From: Phallusia mammillata
Taxonomy: Eukaryota
Length of the DNA stretch: 64,000 bases
Assembly (NCBI GenBank): GCA_965637545.1
Contig: OZ281499.1
Location: forward strand, 620,001-684,000
Reading direction: 5' to 3'
The position numbers and the translations under genes are program-made. The notes beneath the pieces were generated by a model. That model searched no databases and had not been told where the DNA came from. It saw only the letters and a list, made by a program, of their open reading frames with translations. How positions within the stretch are numbered: the stretch's first letter is position 1; the number at the start of each line of letters is the position of its first letter. Positions 51,501 to 63,020 of this stretch are shown piece by piece.

Positions 51501-54500
51501 CGGGCTTGCATTGTCAGTGATGGCGCCCCAGTGTCTGCTTGTCTATTGTTATTACGTAATCCAGTAATTGGGAGCAAAACGACTCAGTAATCTCTTCAAT
51601 CCAATAATCCATAAAGAACTGGGACTGAAAAACTAAAATTTCCCTCAAAACTGCAAAGCACCTTTTTGTAGTGGATGAAACCAACAATTCTAACGCTTTC
51701 CACAACTATCAACGTGTTGTTGCTATCTAAACTAGGGCTCTCAAACTTTTCTGCTCTGCAACCTCATTTTAGAAAAGCAATTTCTATGCGACCCCTTGAT
51801 GGGTATAGCCTATACTCGTGAATGATGTTTAAACAATAAAGTTACCATTTATATTGTGACAATGACTTAATAACGCATGATGTTTCGCGAACCCAAAATT
51901 GTATTTTTTGGGTCGCGTCCTACAGTTTGAGAAGCCCTGATCTAACGATATTTCAAAAGCCGCATATGAAAACGACTTTGGAAGCGGCTAAGATACAACA
52001 AAAACTTTTAAGTGACAGATTATTCCACGCCACCAGTTCAACAAGCGGAAAAAATAAACTGAAACACCACATGTGAATCCACGAGCAACCAGTCGGTCAA
52101 TGTTTACTTAAGCTCGTTCTGTCACGAGAATTACAAAGTTAAACACGCAGCGGAAACCAGGAACACTGCATCAATAGTTTATGACGCAACACAAGTAATT
52201 GTGAGTCAACAGCGCGAATAAATAGGGAAGGGCAATTAACGGGGAAATTCAACACCGTGATTGGATAATCTCAACGCGCGGCGAAGTGACGGTGAATAAA
52301 CCCTCGCAACGTTAAATGGTTTTGAATCAAACTTCCACAAAAGCCCAACACCCAAGCAAGAAAAGATGGGCCTGAAAATGACGCAATACTAACTAACTTT
52401 ATCTAAACTATTTGTAAACTATGTGTGTCACAATTTTGTTGGTGATTTTTTTGTAAATCAAACAGTATAAATTGCCGTGTCGTACACGTTATTTTTGATT
52501 GGATATTTCTGTTTATTGGTAGTCGGTCAACCGAAGATTAACGCAATAATTTTACCACGAAAGGCCGAGGCGGGATTAGAACCTACAACCTTTGCAATTT
52601 TTCTGAAAAATTGTTTAAATTCCTTCAACAACTTTTATTTGTGTTTGAAATGGAAAAGATTTATATAATTTGAGACAATGTAAGAAAACAAGTTCGTATC
52701 GATGGTTTCCTTTAGCTATCAGGGTTAACAGGGTTAAAATCCCGGGTAACATTCTGAACTAAATGCAATTGACAGATTTAAATCTTTTACCAATTCATTG
52801 GACGAAAAACGTACATCAACACAATCAGAAATCCCGAAAACTATTTTGGACCTTGTTTTGTTCAATAAAACACAAAATTGTTTTTCATTTTCCCGAAATA
52901 AACGTGGAGACAACGTTGGGCGCCACAATTACTTTCCAATCTGATGCACCAGACTGCTTCCACTAATACATCCTTCACATACGTTTTTACGACGCTTTCC
53001 TACAAAACGGAAGTTTGCCAAATTTCCAAACCTGAACAAATTGACCAAAAGTGCTTAATCACGCATGTCAATATGACTCATCAAATCACGTGTAAATACT
53101 GGAAACTAAACGACTTAAAAAAGTCTTGACCATCTGACCTTGAACGCAAACAAAGACAATCACGTACTTGACCTTTCACGGTCTGGTGACTTTATCACGT
53201 GCTTCCAACACTGCCCGTTGTCATGGTGATACTCAACAGATGTTGAAACTAATTCACGCCAACAAACATCGGGCAAAACGATTTCAAGGACGAAAATTTA
53301 ATTTCACAGCAAAGTAACTTGTAAGGGAAGGATTGTAAGTAACTCACAAAGTCAGTTGTCACGCTGGTTGAACACAACAGAGTAGGGAACAAATAGACGA
53401 ACGTATAATAAGACTATGACTTTACAATCCATCTTAACATCACAGAGAGCAACTGCATTGATGCAAGGATTTAATCCAACAACACTTTATGACTGCTGAA
53501 AAAACTGTACAGTCACGAATAAACTGAAAAACAAACAAACAATATAGCACCAACAGAGACAAATCCGTCAGAAAATCTAGAAGTATTTCTGAATCAAATG
53601 CCTCAGTTCAAAATCTAAAGTTACAATTCAACTTAACACCACAGATAGCAACTTTATTGATACAAGGATTTAAATCTCGAACACTTTAATAGCGCTGAAA
53701 TTTTGTGTACAAAGTCACCAACAAACTGAGAACACCGATGCAGACAAACCCGCCTGAAAACCTGCAAACATTCTTGAAGCTGTAGTTAAATACCTGCAGT
53801 TCACATCTAATGGTTCTTCGCATGAAACGTGGTTGGCTTTAGTATTCGGGTCGAAAGGTTGCTGCAATCGTCAATGCAAATGTTTTGCAAATCATGCTGC
53901 AACGCACTTTCGATTGTGACGCACAAACGTGTTACGTACGCAACGCAGTGTGAGGTAACAAAGTGTTTTCCACGCAGCGGAAGACACAAGCTCGTGCAGT
54001 TGTGACGAAACAATGCCAGGGTGAAAGTGTTTGTTGACAAACAAAATGTGTTTTACATAAAACACAAATCATGCTCACTTTGTTTAAGTGTCCTGGTATT
54101 GTGTTATTCAAATTTTAGGTAAAAAAAACCATTTTATCCTTGTGATCTAAATGTTTAAAAATACCAGAATAGGTCTTGTTCTAACAGTCCATACGTTTAT
54201 GTCGCCTAATTTTTTAGTTGGTCTTAAACCAATACCAGAAACATTTAAATCCATGATGAATATTGCAGGAAATAGTTTTGTTTTGCCAGATTATCAAATG
54301 AACTAACAAATCCTTGATAATGTAAAATGTATTCATTATCGGGGCTTGTTTAAATGCAAAGCACAAAAATTCAAAGCAAATGATGAAGTTATTTGGGTCA
54401 TGGAATCTCTCTACTCTAGAAGGGATGTTTACAACAAGCGAAAAGAATCCCAGATATGTTGTTCAATCGTTCAATCACGAAAACCTGAGATCACGGAACA

Positions 54501-57500
54501 GTCACGAATACTAATTCATGAACGTGAAAGCAATGTGGGTTATGAGGTAGAAACTCATGTCCCTGATTGTCGAAGTGCAGATGCCGTTACCCGCTGCACT
54601 GTAGAGGATAAATTACGCCGATCCGGGTCTGCACAGCGCTATGAAATATTCACAAGTTTATTCAAAACAGTATACATGACGTAGCAGGGGGAAACGTCTG
54701 GCAGCGAATGATGCGACTATCGGAAACACCAGATGCCAGTTGTGGCAAAAATATAAACAATATATATTTGTTTGGGTGAATGTCAATTTAAAATTTTTAA
54801 TTTGTAAATTCAATGACAAAACCACACACTCACTACCTTAGCTAATATACATATATATATATACATAATATACATACACGCCATATTCTACAAACACTCA
54901 ACAAACGTAAATATGTTTAACACATACTTATCAAATGATCTCTTCTTACCCAGTATGAAATAATGTTTAATCGGTTAAAATTTGAATTCTTCAATAACCT
55001 CAGCAAACCTAACACCTGCTTGCATATATAAATCTCCTCTTAGCTCTTTTGCATGTGAATCCATCACACTACCGCCACAACCATGAAGATTAGTCTCATG
55101 GGGAACGGCATCACAACATCCACCACCACTGGTACCTAAGCCCGTGTTCGGACTCTGCTATCATTTAATTCATCTTAAACCGATCAAGATCGCACAACAA
55201 GCTGAAAGTTTCCTGACACTGAGGTCATCTATATCCCCGTAAAGTTGGTGTCAGATTTAGAGACAAGATCTTTACCCACGATCTACCAAAGCTGCTACAA
55301 AACCGCTCATAACGTTGCGGACCGCTAGATTGTTTATCTGATTTCAATTTGTGTTAGGGTTAACCAACGAGTCGGGTTCAAATATTAAGCCATGGTATCT
55401 TCTCATCGACAAGCGCAACAATCGCACGAGAAAATCAACTTTCGCGAACCAGAAGAATCAGCAAGCGGCAATAATGAGGTCTAACAAGCAGATAAAAATG
55501 ACGTTCTGTATTATGTTTCAAAATCAAGTTGCAATGTTTACGTTAAACGCAGCTCCATATACTTCACCCTGTTAAGATGAGATCTCCAGTTACGACTTTC
55601 AGCAACAGAAACTGGTAAAATATTTAACGGTTGACCTAAATCTCCACCAATCGCAACACAGAGTTTGATCCCTAATTGAAGTAAGATTACTTTCTTTCAC
55701 ATATCCCCGCACACCCGTTCTTTGCTGTAACGCTCGCCCTACAAACCACAACCCTGCAGACTACATTACCAAGTTACCGGTTTTATGAACAGGCACAATT
55801 CGACTGCGTGCTTGCAGGTGATAAACGCAATTGCTTGACGCTCTTGCATAATTCAACGTCAACATGAACACGGTCACGTAACACGCTGCTCCAACACGCC
55901 ATCTGGCGGCTATAAAAAACGTCGACATGGTTGTTTACCTGTTTCAATTGAGCCAACTTGTTTTCTGCGGAGCCACAGTATTTGACCCGTTTCAAGACTT
56001 GAGGCGTAAAATAACAATTTGCCGCAAACCAACCCTGTTATTTGGAAACGTTTCCTACTGTCTGTTGCAAGCCGAACTTTGATTTTTAATAGTAGTGACC
56101 GCCCTGTTACCATTTTCACTTACTTTTTTCGTTGTAGTTTTCTTGGTTTAGAAAGAAAGCCTGATTGTTGCAGGTAGTGTTTCAAAGTTTAAAGGTAATG
56201 GGCATCTTATTACTACATGTGTGGCATCTTATTACTGCTTACTATGGTTCTAATGAACTAGGTTTAAAATTGACGTAAAAACAGATGAATCAGAGTTCAA
56301 ATGAAAGAGATTGAGTCAATGCTCTGGGTGAGAAGGGATCAATATAAATCCTCAGTAAGTAAATTTTGTTTGTAATCTCTGCACGCTGCGATGACACTCG
56401 ATGACTCTTCACGCTTCAAGGGGTTGAGCTTTACGCTCTACTGCCTCGCACACATAGTATTAAGCGCAGTACTGGGTTGGACCGAGACAGTCCGATCACC
56501 CCTCCTTCCCTTCTCTCTATATATCCGTCTCCCTCTGTTGTTTGCCAACCCAAACACTTTCAGCGCGCCGTCAAATCGCCGTAGCGAAGTCCCGCCGAAA
56601 TGAAACGGTAAACAGCAGATGGTTGGGCGTAATACACATTTTGTCGTGTCGTGAAAACTTTCACATGCGGTCGTTTCGGCTTCATGTTGGCGGTTTACCA
56701 CGTTCTAACAAGATCGTGTTTTTGTGGATATGCAGATCCCACTTGGAACAGTCAAAATAGAACCATTATTTTGAAAGCAAAATAGATTAGTCATTGCACC
56801 TGGTAATTAATGCTTGTGAATATAGGACACTAAAAGGAAACCAATTTTAACCAATATGTAAATCTCCATGAAAAGCAACAACAGTATTCGTTAATAGGCA
56901 ACCAATTGTTTTTACATTATTAAAAGTTGGGCATATAAAAATACGGTCAAACTTAAGGCCTGATATTAAACAACGCTCGCTGTTTTGTACAACTCGTCTT
57001 CAAAAATGCATGAACCCCACCCCGGTAACATTATCTCACAAACGACAAAGTATTTTATGTTTTCAGTAACTGCACACAGACAGGAAAAGTCCTGTTGAGT
57101 TGTGTCAACATGTTTGAGTACTTGAAAGCCTCGAACAAAAGCTTGTGGCGGATTTAATCGATGGATAGAGGATCTATTGAGTGAGTCGAGTTCAATGTCA
57201 TGATCAACTGACAATGATAAATCAATTGTTTTCGTGCAGAGAATAACGAACATATAATAAATGTTTTTGATTAAATTACTTTTCAAGTCCGTGTATAGTG
57301 TTCCTAAAAAGCGATTTTAATGAGGAAAACAGCGGCCCAAATAGACGCCACATGCTATATTATTCAACATTTTAGCAAATGCTTCTGCCATCAATAGTGA
57401 TAAGAAGGGGATGGCCACATCAGTTAGAAAAGCTATTGAAGTCTAATATAAAAAGCGCCGTTAAAGATGTACTAGTACAGAAATAGACCTAAACCACGGA

Positions 57501-60500
57501 TGCTTAATACAAACGAATCACTTGAAATGCAAAACTTAGATCAGTCAGTACATGCTTAAATTCAGAGGATCGAAATTCATTCGTTTTTTACAAGCAAACA
57601 TTTCTGTCAAATGTAAAAAAGTCTACCAAGTATCTAAAAAAGCGGTTTGTTTTCGTCGCAAGGTAATGTTAGGGATTGGTGCAAGGATTTCGGCTGCAAA
57701 CACACAGGTGTCTGTAATTTACCATTTCGCTGCGTGGTTTCAAGCGGGGTTAACGAACCGTGACGAGTGGTCATAAACAACCTGCACGAACGAAAAAGTT
57801 CGGACAAGACGATTTTTCAACCGGAAAAGCGGGACTTGGATAAACAAGGTTGATTGACAGATTCCGAACTAGTCTGCATTCCTGGTTTGCCATGTACGGA
57901 GGTATACAGTTTGTGGGGACTTGGTGACAAAAGATGGCAGTTTAAACAAAGGACTATCTTGCCTATAAGTTTTGTGATAGTTGTTGAGACTTTGGAACAC
58001 TATACCCGGATCTATTCACTCGTTTAATGGCGAATATAACGGCCCAAAAAGACGTAAAAAGCGACATGCTTTATTTTTCAAACGTTTCGGCAAATGCTCA
58101 CGCCATCATCAGTCATATGAAGGGGCCACATCAGTTACAACCGTTTATATCCACTTGTCAAGATTTAATAAAACAAATACAACATGGGTCCAAACATAGT
58201 TGCAACGTTTAAATTGGTTTGAATTTTACACATTTTGTAAAACAAGCAAAAACGGCTTTACCCACCAAAATCTCCAGAAATGGAAAGTGTCACTAATCAA
58301 TTTAACCGAACAGCCACAGAATCGCGGCAGTTTGAATCCACAAACAGCGAACAATAGACGCGGGGGAAATGAAGAACAAAAGTGATTGTTGGACCAGCTC
58401 GATACTAATCTAATTCCGGCCTTCCATCTCAATTCAACTTAACACACGTGACACGAGAGCTATTGTGACGTCACCATTACGACATTGCGAAGACACCCGA
58501 TATCTGGTCGAGTATTGATGGGAGTTTGGGGAAGCCGCTTTGTCACAATGCGAAGGTTTGGTTCAAAAACAACTTGTGGCCATCGCGGCCTTGATGGGAA
58601 ACTCTTCATTGAGATGAAAAGCGACAAAGTATTGGTTATGTGGGACGTGGCAGACCTGGTTAAACTACATGACCATGTAAAATATACTTGTAGATTTCGT
58701 GATTGTCACTGCATGTAACGCTTGTATGGTGAAAGAAAAAATCAACTAGTTTATCCAATGAATGCAGAACAAATTAAAAACTGACAATCGACTTGATTTG
58801 ACAAAGTGCAATTTACTTGTGTTCAACGACATGGCCACAAAATACGAACATTTCATCCACTTATATATAACTCAGCACAGTCAGACATACATTGGCATTC
58901 ATCCTTACCCGACACAAACAGCGTACATCACCTATAATCGCTACAGGTGTACAGGACCGTGATAAGAAAGCTATACAAGGGTGTAATTTAAAGTCGCCAA
59001 ACGACGGAACAGGCCGAACATGTTTCCACTTTCCAATATGTTAAACAATTGACACAAACAGCCAAGATATATCAGCCCGAACCCCTTTTATCTTCACACA
59101 CGCATTCAGCCGTGATGAAGCCGATGGAATAAGCTTGTTACAAATCCTTACAAGGGGAAGCAATAAGACGTTTAAGTATTTCCTGTCTGCGAGACAGATA
59201 ACAATTGCAGCAGCCGACTTTACGCGTTGTTTGCGAAGTTCCCTTATTTGATTGGAGAGATTTTAAGACGGAATAATTGAACATTCAAACGGCTTTAACA
59301 ACATTGCTTTCAATGGGACATAGTTCGACACAAAAACTATGCACAAACAATTGATTTTGTGTTTAAGATGTATGCATTAACTCGATGGGCAGCAACTAGC
59401 CACTGAAGTCGGAACAAACACGGTGAGGTCTGGTTTTCCACACACAAATTTGCCAACGGTGATTAGCAACGAATTCTCGCGTTTATAGAACACTGTTATG
59501 GTAATCACCAAATCATTGTTTGTCCTTCTGCAAAAATCCAATCTGCGCGTTGCATAAGTTCAGGTTGAGAAAGTATTCTTGTGGGAATTTAAACACAAAA
59601 CTTAAGGAGGGCCAAAGAATCCCCGAACGGTAATTAACGGACATCCTCATTTAAGCGATGGAGAATAACGTCAATGCAATATCGATGCAAGAGGCCACAA
59701 GTTCAATATATCTCCCATGGGAACAAGTAAATGGAGGCTGAGAAGGTAATGGATAAAGTGTTCTTGATTAAAACCAATGGGCCATCTGGATGGGAGTGTA
59801 GTAAGGGTGGGAATGATCAGGTATATGATTGTTGTGGCACCAACTGCCCAAACCACGTCCAGCGAAGCAATACATAGAACCAAATAGTGGAATAAATAAT
59901 GACAAGAACAGACCATGCAATTGACATTATAAGTGGTTTAAATTCCAATGTCATAAATCCTCACGCTGAAACTAGCCAAGTTTAAACTGTTTGCAAAGCA
60001 GTGTAATCGATAAACTGTTTATGTTGTAGTAATTTTCGCAATTCACAAAACAACGTGCTTTTAAGTATGGTTCTTCACACAACAGTAATTATGCTACCAC
60101 AAAAACAAACCACACATTTCATGGATGGTCAAGTACCCAGATGTGTTGTTTTTACACTTGATGCAACACTGAATAAGTTAAACTTAAAATATACATAGCA
60201 AATAATGTCAAAATGGTTAGAAACAGTTGAAATAGAGCTTGAGTGTTAAAGTATTTGAAGAATTAGAATCTCTTCACAAGAATGTGTTATTGTAACCCAC
60301 AAAATCAGCCACTTTATAATTAGTTTGTAAACAAACTGTTGCCTGCAGCACAATAGACAGAGTCATGTGAAACCATCAACAACGCAAAATCAGCAATCTT
60401 GCTGCACAACATAATTACAAGTGTCACTTAAAGTTTGGCACCCTCAAGAAATTTGCTATCTCAGCAAATAATAGTAATTTCTGCCAGACATGTGCATTCA

Positions 60501-61723
60501 ACCATATGCTCATAATGTGAAAAATTTCATGGAACAGGTGGTGCAAGAAAAATCAAGTCTTCCACTTCGTTAAACTTGGTTTGTGAAACATGTTAGCAAT
60601 GCAGCACAGAATTTGTGTTGAAAAATACTCTGCTTGTGTGTATAATTATACATGTGTACAGGGTTTTTTTAAGGTTTGGTTTGGGTGACCGCTAAGTAGT
60701 TTTAAGAGACCGCAAGTGTTTCATTTAAATACCAAAAATAGCCATATTAGCTTAAACGAATTATTTGTTAGGCTACTGGCAAATTTTGGGAAACTGCTGG
60801 AGATCGAAACGGTCCCCCAAAACACCTTACAAAAACACTGCATGTGTATAAATGATTTGTGTAAATGTATTGCTTTTTTTGTTTTGGTAAATGTTTGAAA
60901 CACAATTGTGCTGCTCCGGTTTATTTTCACCTTGCAAAAATAAACTCCATGCTGTATATATCTTTTAAACACTGTCTTGTTTAAGTGATAGAACAAAAAA
61001 CTTTAATGCTGTTTATGTGTTATAATAGAACCATGATAAACTTACGAATTTGAACTTCTTTTGGGTTTAATTCCAAAACAGTTTCATGGAGTTTCTGAAT
61101 TCTCCCACTGACTCTACAGCAACGTCTAAATAGCACGAAAAACAATGTTAAGAAGTGTGCTATATAATATATATATATTGACCTCCGCACTACAATAAAA
61201 CCTACGGTAGTTACCGATTGTAAAGTCATGTTTTTACACACTTCATAATTTTGGATTCTAATTTCAAATGTGAAAAGTGAAATATTACCGACCAATGAAG
61301 AAATCCACTCTAGTTTGTTGATGAAAACAATTTTAAAATAAAAGGATTCTAAATTGAAAAAATGCAAACCTTACCTATACACAACAACTGATTGCTCTTC
61401 AATTTCTCGAAATATATCTTCTGCATGATGAGTGAGTGAAGACAGTTGTTTAAGAACTTTCACGAGCGAGTTGTTCACAACCTAATAATAACATGTAGTT
61501 AATTGCGAAATAATTCAACTAGATTTAGACTTTCTCTACTTTTTACTGTTTTTCTACATTTCTATGTTACTTTTAATTGCAACTAAGTTTTTTTGGATAA
61601 ACTTATTAACTTATTTATTAATAAAAATTAACTTACATCGTCATGGCAATCAAAGGGATGATCCTTAGCGTTTTCATTCTTGCGAATTTTCAAGGGTTGA
61701 ATTTGTCTTTTAACAAACGGCAT
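30576..61723 (-). CDS. NHS: Nance-Horan syndrome (NHS/NHSL) family actin regulator with N-terminal WAVE homology domain
   Basis: Phase-consistent exons 61637-61723 ([10 protein letters not shown]), 61375-61481 ([27 protein letters not shown]), 61046-61125 (ELNPKEVQI), 43769-43905 (VSNLEEE), 42674-42799, 41263-41383 (LPTPKQKM), 40147-40296 (DTSGCQFDR...RHKTLTGLP), 39530-39664, 38414-38518 ([19 protein letters not shown]), 36790-36891, 36428-36529, 35995-36105 ([12 protein letters not shown]), 32925-35497 (2.57-kb Pro/Ser-rich exon with [13 protein letters not shown]), 32622-32720, 32243-32341 (DDFKALLL), 31870-31985 (MTAAEKL), 31258-31417, 30576-30696 (PMMSILE, stop). These blocks match recognised NHS-family motifs. 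The symbol denotes the family; it is likely a pro-ortholog of NHS/NHSL1/NHSL2. Confidence 0.9.
33871..34016 (-). repeat. Coding 30-bp (10-aa) tandem repeat, ~5 units of S/[10 protein letters not shown]
   Basis: Period-30 ctgg(t/c)gattt...; translation [47 protein letters not shown]. Confidence 0.9.
35563..35725. mobile_element. Family A foldback copy with a hammerhead motif on the plus strand (35660-35708)
   Basis: Arms ctcttctggcaaatgta..ttattccgacgtttc / gaaacgtcggaataaa..tacatttgccagaagag; CUGAUGA at 35665-35671; flanked by the 13-bp direct repeat GGGTGTAACTGAT. Confidence 0.7.
35726..35870 (+). mobile_element. Family B repeat copy (degenerate hammerhead core)
   Basis: gtaactgatgtggccc...ccgataatggaatgagcatttgccaaaacgtttgaataataaagcatgtcgc...gggccgttatttttaccattaaacttatg. 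Confidence 0.7.
37085..37180 (+). mobile_element. tRNA-derived SINE fragment
   Basis: gtgggttcgaatcccaccgcagttttctagcct...gcctggcgtgctgtgatt. Confidence 0.6.
39220..39268 (-). ncRNA. Minimal type I hammerhead ribozyme motif (family A), sense to the NHS pre-mRNA
   Basis: Reverse complement reads ttaccCTGATGAaggtgacctgtataggacgtcGAAAcgtcggaataaa; core intact. Confidence 0.7.
39306..39354 (+). ncRNA. Minimal type I hammerhead ribozyme motif (family A)
   Basis: CC/GG helix I, CUGAUGA box (39311-39317), helix II GGCG..CCU GUAU AGG..CGUC, GAAA box, palindromic ACGU helix III, predicted GUC cleavage triplet, then AAUAAA. Confidence 0.7.
39708..39881. mobile_element. Tc1/pogo-type MITE
   Basis: TIR (ta)cagtaaacctgggttaa / ttaaccgaggtttaatgta; homologous copies at 6852-7020 and 18598-18690. 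Confidence 0.7.
40453..40535 (-). mobile_element. Family B repeat, 3' half only
   Basis: cggatctgttcataagtttaatggtgaaaataacggcccaaatagacgtaaaaagcgacatgctttgttgttcaaacgttt; ends where the GAAA box would be. Shorter fragments occur at 4524-4570 and ~8230-8297. Confidence 0.65.
41180..41240 (-). mobile_element. Second tRNA-derived SINE-like fragment (B box); sibling at 52560-52600
   Basis: gaggcgggattcgaaccaacaacctt vs gaggcgggattagaacctacaacctt. Confidence 0.5.
41474..41553. mobile_element. Very short Tc1/pogo-type MITE (80 bp)
   Basis: TIR tacagtaaaaccaat / attggttttactgta with TA ends. Confidence 0.65.
43449..44075. repeat. Repeat family C copies flanking NHS exon 43769-43905; a further copy at ~15430-15530
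   Basis: gaaaatac(c/t)gaacaagc..ttcgtccaccagg repeated directly at 43449 and 43975; 43521-43575 is the reverse complement of 44015-44072. Confidence 0.7.
45659..45755 (-). CDS. Putative alternative first coding exon of the NHS-family gene ([32 protein letters not shown])
   Basis: ATG at 45755, open for 97 nt, ends AAAG|gtaagt (consensus donor) in phase 1, which matches the phase-1 acceptor at 43905 (gives ...[11 protein letters not shown]). Confidence 0.7.
51103..51230 (+). mobile_element. Family B repeat copy
   Basis: gtaactgatgtggcccctcatatcaCTGATGAtgacatataccGAAAcgtttcaataa...ttttcctcattaaacttatgaactgatccg; helix II partly deleted. Confidence 0.65.
51733..51939. mobile_element. hAT MITE, same family as 17648-17872
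   Basis: tagggctctcaaact ... agtttgagaagccctg; internal homology. Confidence 0.75.
57316..57430 (-). mobile_element. Family B repeat copy (degenerate core)
   Basis: Same head (aactgatgtggcc) and tail (gggccgctgttttcctcattaaaa) motifs on the minus strand. Confidence 0.6.
58006..58140 (-). mobile_element. Family B short dispersed repeat with a minimal hammerhead motif (best-preserved core)
   Basis: Reverse complement: gtaactgatgtggccccttcatatga-CTGATGA-t-ggcgtgagcatttgcc-GAAA-cgtt-tga-aaaataaagcatgtcgc...gggccgttatattcgccattaaac...gatccg. Confidence 0.7.
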
Positions 61724-63020
61724 GGTTGAAAATCTTGTTGTCCAATAACCAATGAAATACTGCCAGCTTTAATAATCCATATTAAATCCAGAAAATAGCA
61801 GCACTTTTCGAGAGTTAAACAAGTTTGAATACAGAAAGTTTGCTACCTACTCAACATTCTACACATTTCAAAACTAGGTATATAAAGTTGAAATCAGTTG
61901 AAAAAGGAAAACTATTAAACTTTAACAATCATTCATCATTTCAGTAATTTTCCATTAGCTCATTAATTATTCAGTGGGTGATTAGGTATGCTTTCCAACT
62001 ACAATACATTGGTAACCTATAAGTCAAAAACCTTTCTTTCAAAAACTGTAAACATGAATCTAAACCAAGTTTTGCACTTAGCTATGTGCAATGCAATGCT
62101 GATAAAAAGCTTATAACACTTCACTTGCATCATATGACAAAATGAAACAGATCAATAATTATAATCCCTTATTTATAATAGCCTTTATTACAGATACTTA
62201 CATCAAAGGTTTATTGAAAAAGACACTGAATCTCTCTGCTGCACACAGTCTGTCCACAAAAAGTGCTATTACATTAATTTAAAACGTCTCCTACTGATTC
62301 CAATCCTTACAAATCAATATTTAGAAAAAATGACACAAAACGAAAACAACCTAATGCAACTTTGCTTCACACGTATTGACAACTTTCCAATTGACTAAAT
62401 GAGTTCCTAATTACGAATCATTTCCTGAAAATATTTGAACGCGAAGTTGGCGTCTTCGCAGTTCATGTCTATAGATAGTTTCCAAATGATAATTAAATAT
62501 CAATTCCTAAACATGAAACTGAGACATTTTCTTTCCATCTTTTTCCTGTATTTATCAGACAAAATAATATTAACGCAGCCCGAGCCCCGAGGTCTGAAAC
62601 CCTGGGCCTGAACTGATCGAAATCGAGAGAAATCTTCCCACAGACAAGATACAAGTGAGCTTAAACTATTCACGCATGGACGATTTTCAAAAAAACACTT
62701 TAGTTTTCGCTCTAGTGATTTTGTGGTTTGCTCCACAGCGCCATACAGCGTCGAACCTCATCAACCCAAAACCCACAATTTCTGAAGGTTAACGACTTTA
62801 CCTCACACAAGTTCCTAAATTGTCGTTTTGTGATTAAAAAGCCGACGTAAGGACTTTACGATAGATTAATAGATGTTTGTAGAAACAAGCACTTTCGTAT
62901 TTTGATCATCTACGCCTCCAGCAAGCTTCTATGTAGCATCGATTGAATAATTACAAAACGATCGATTAGGAATAGTTCTTTCATCTCACTTATCAGCTTC
63001 GGCAACTGGTCGATCACACA

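Noticed and set aside
54346-54684. 112-aa plus-strand ORF
   Set aside because: TTG start, no recognisable domain, no convincing in-frame flanking exons, antisense within the NHS intron.
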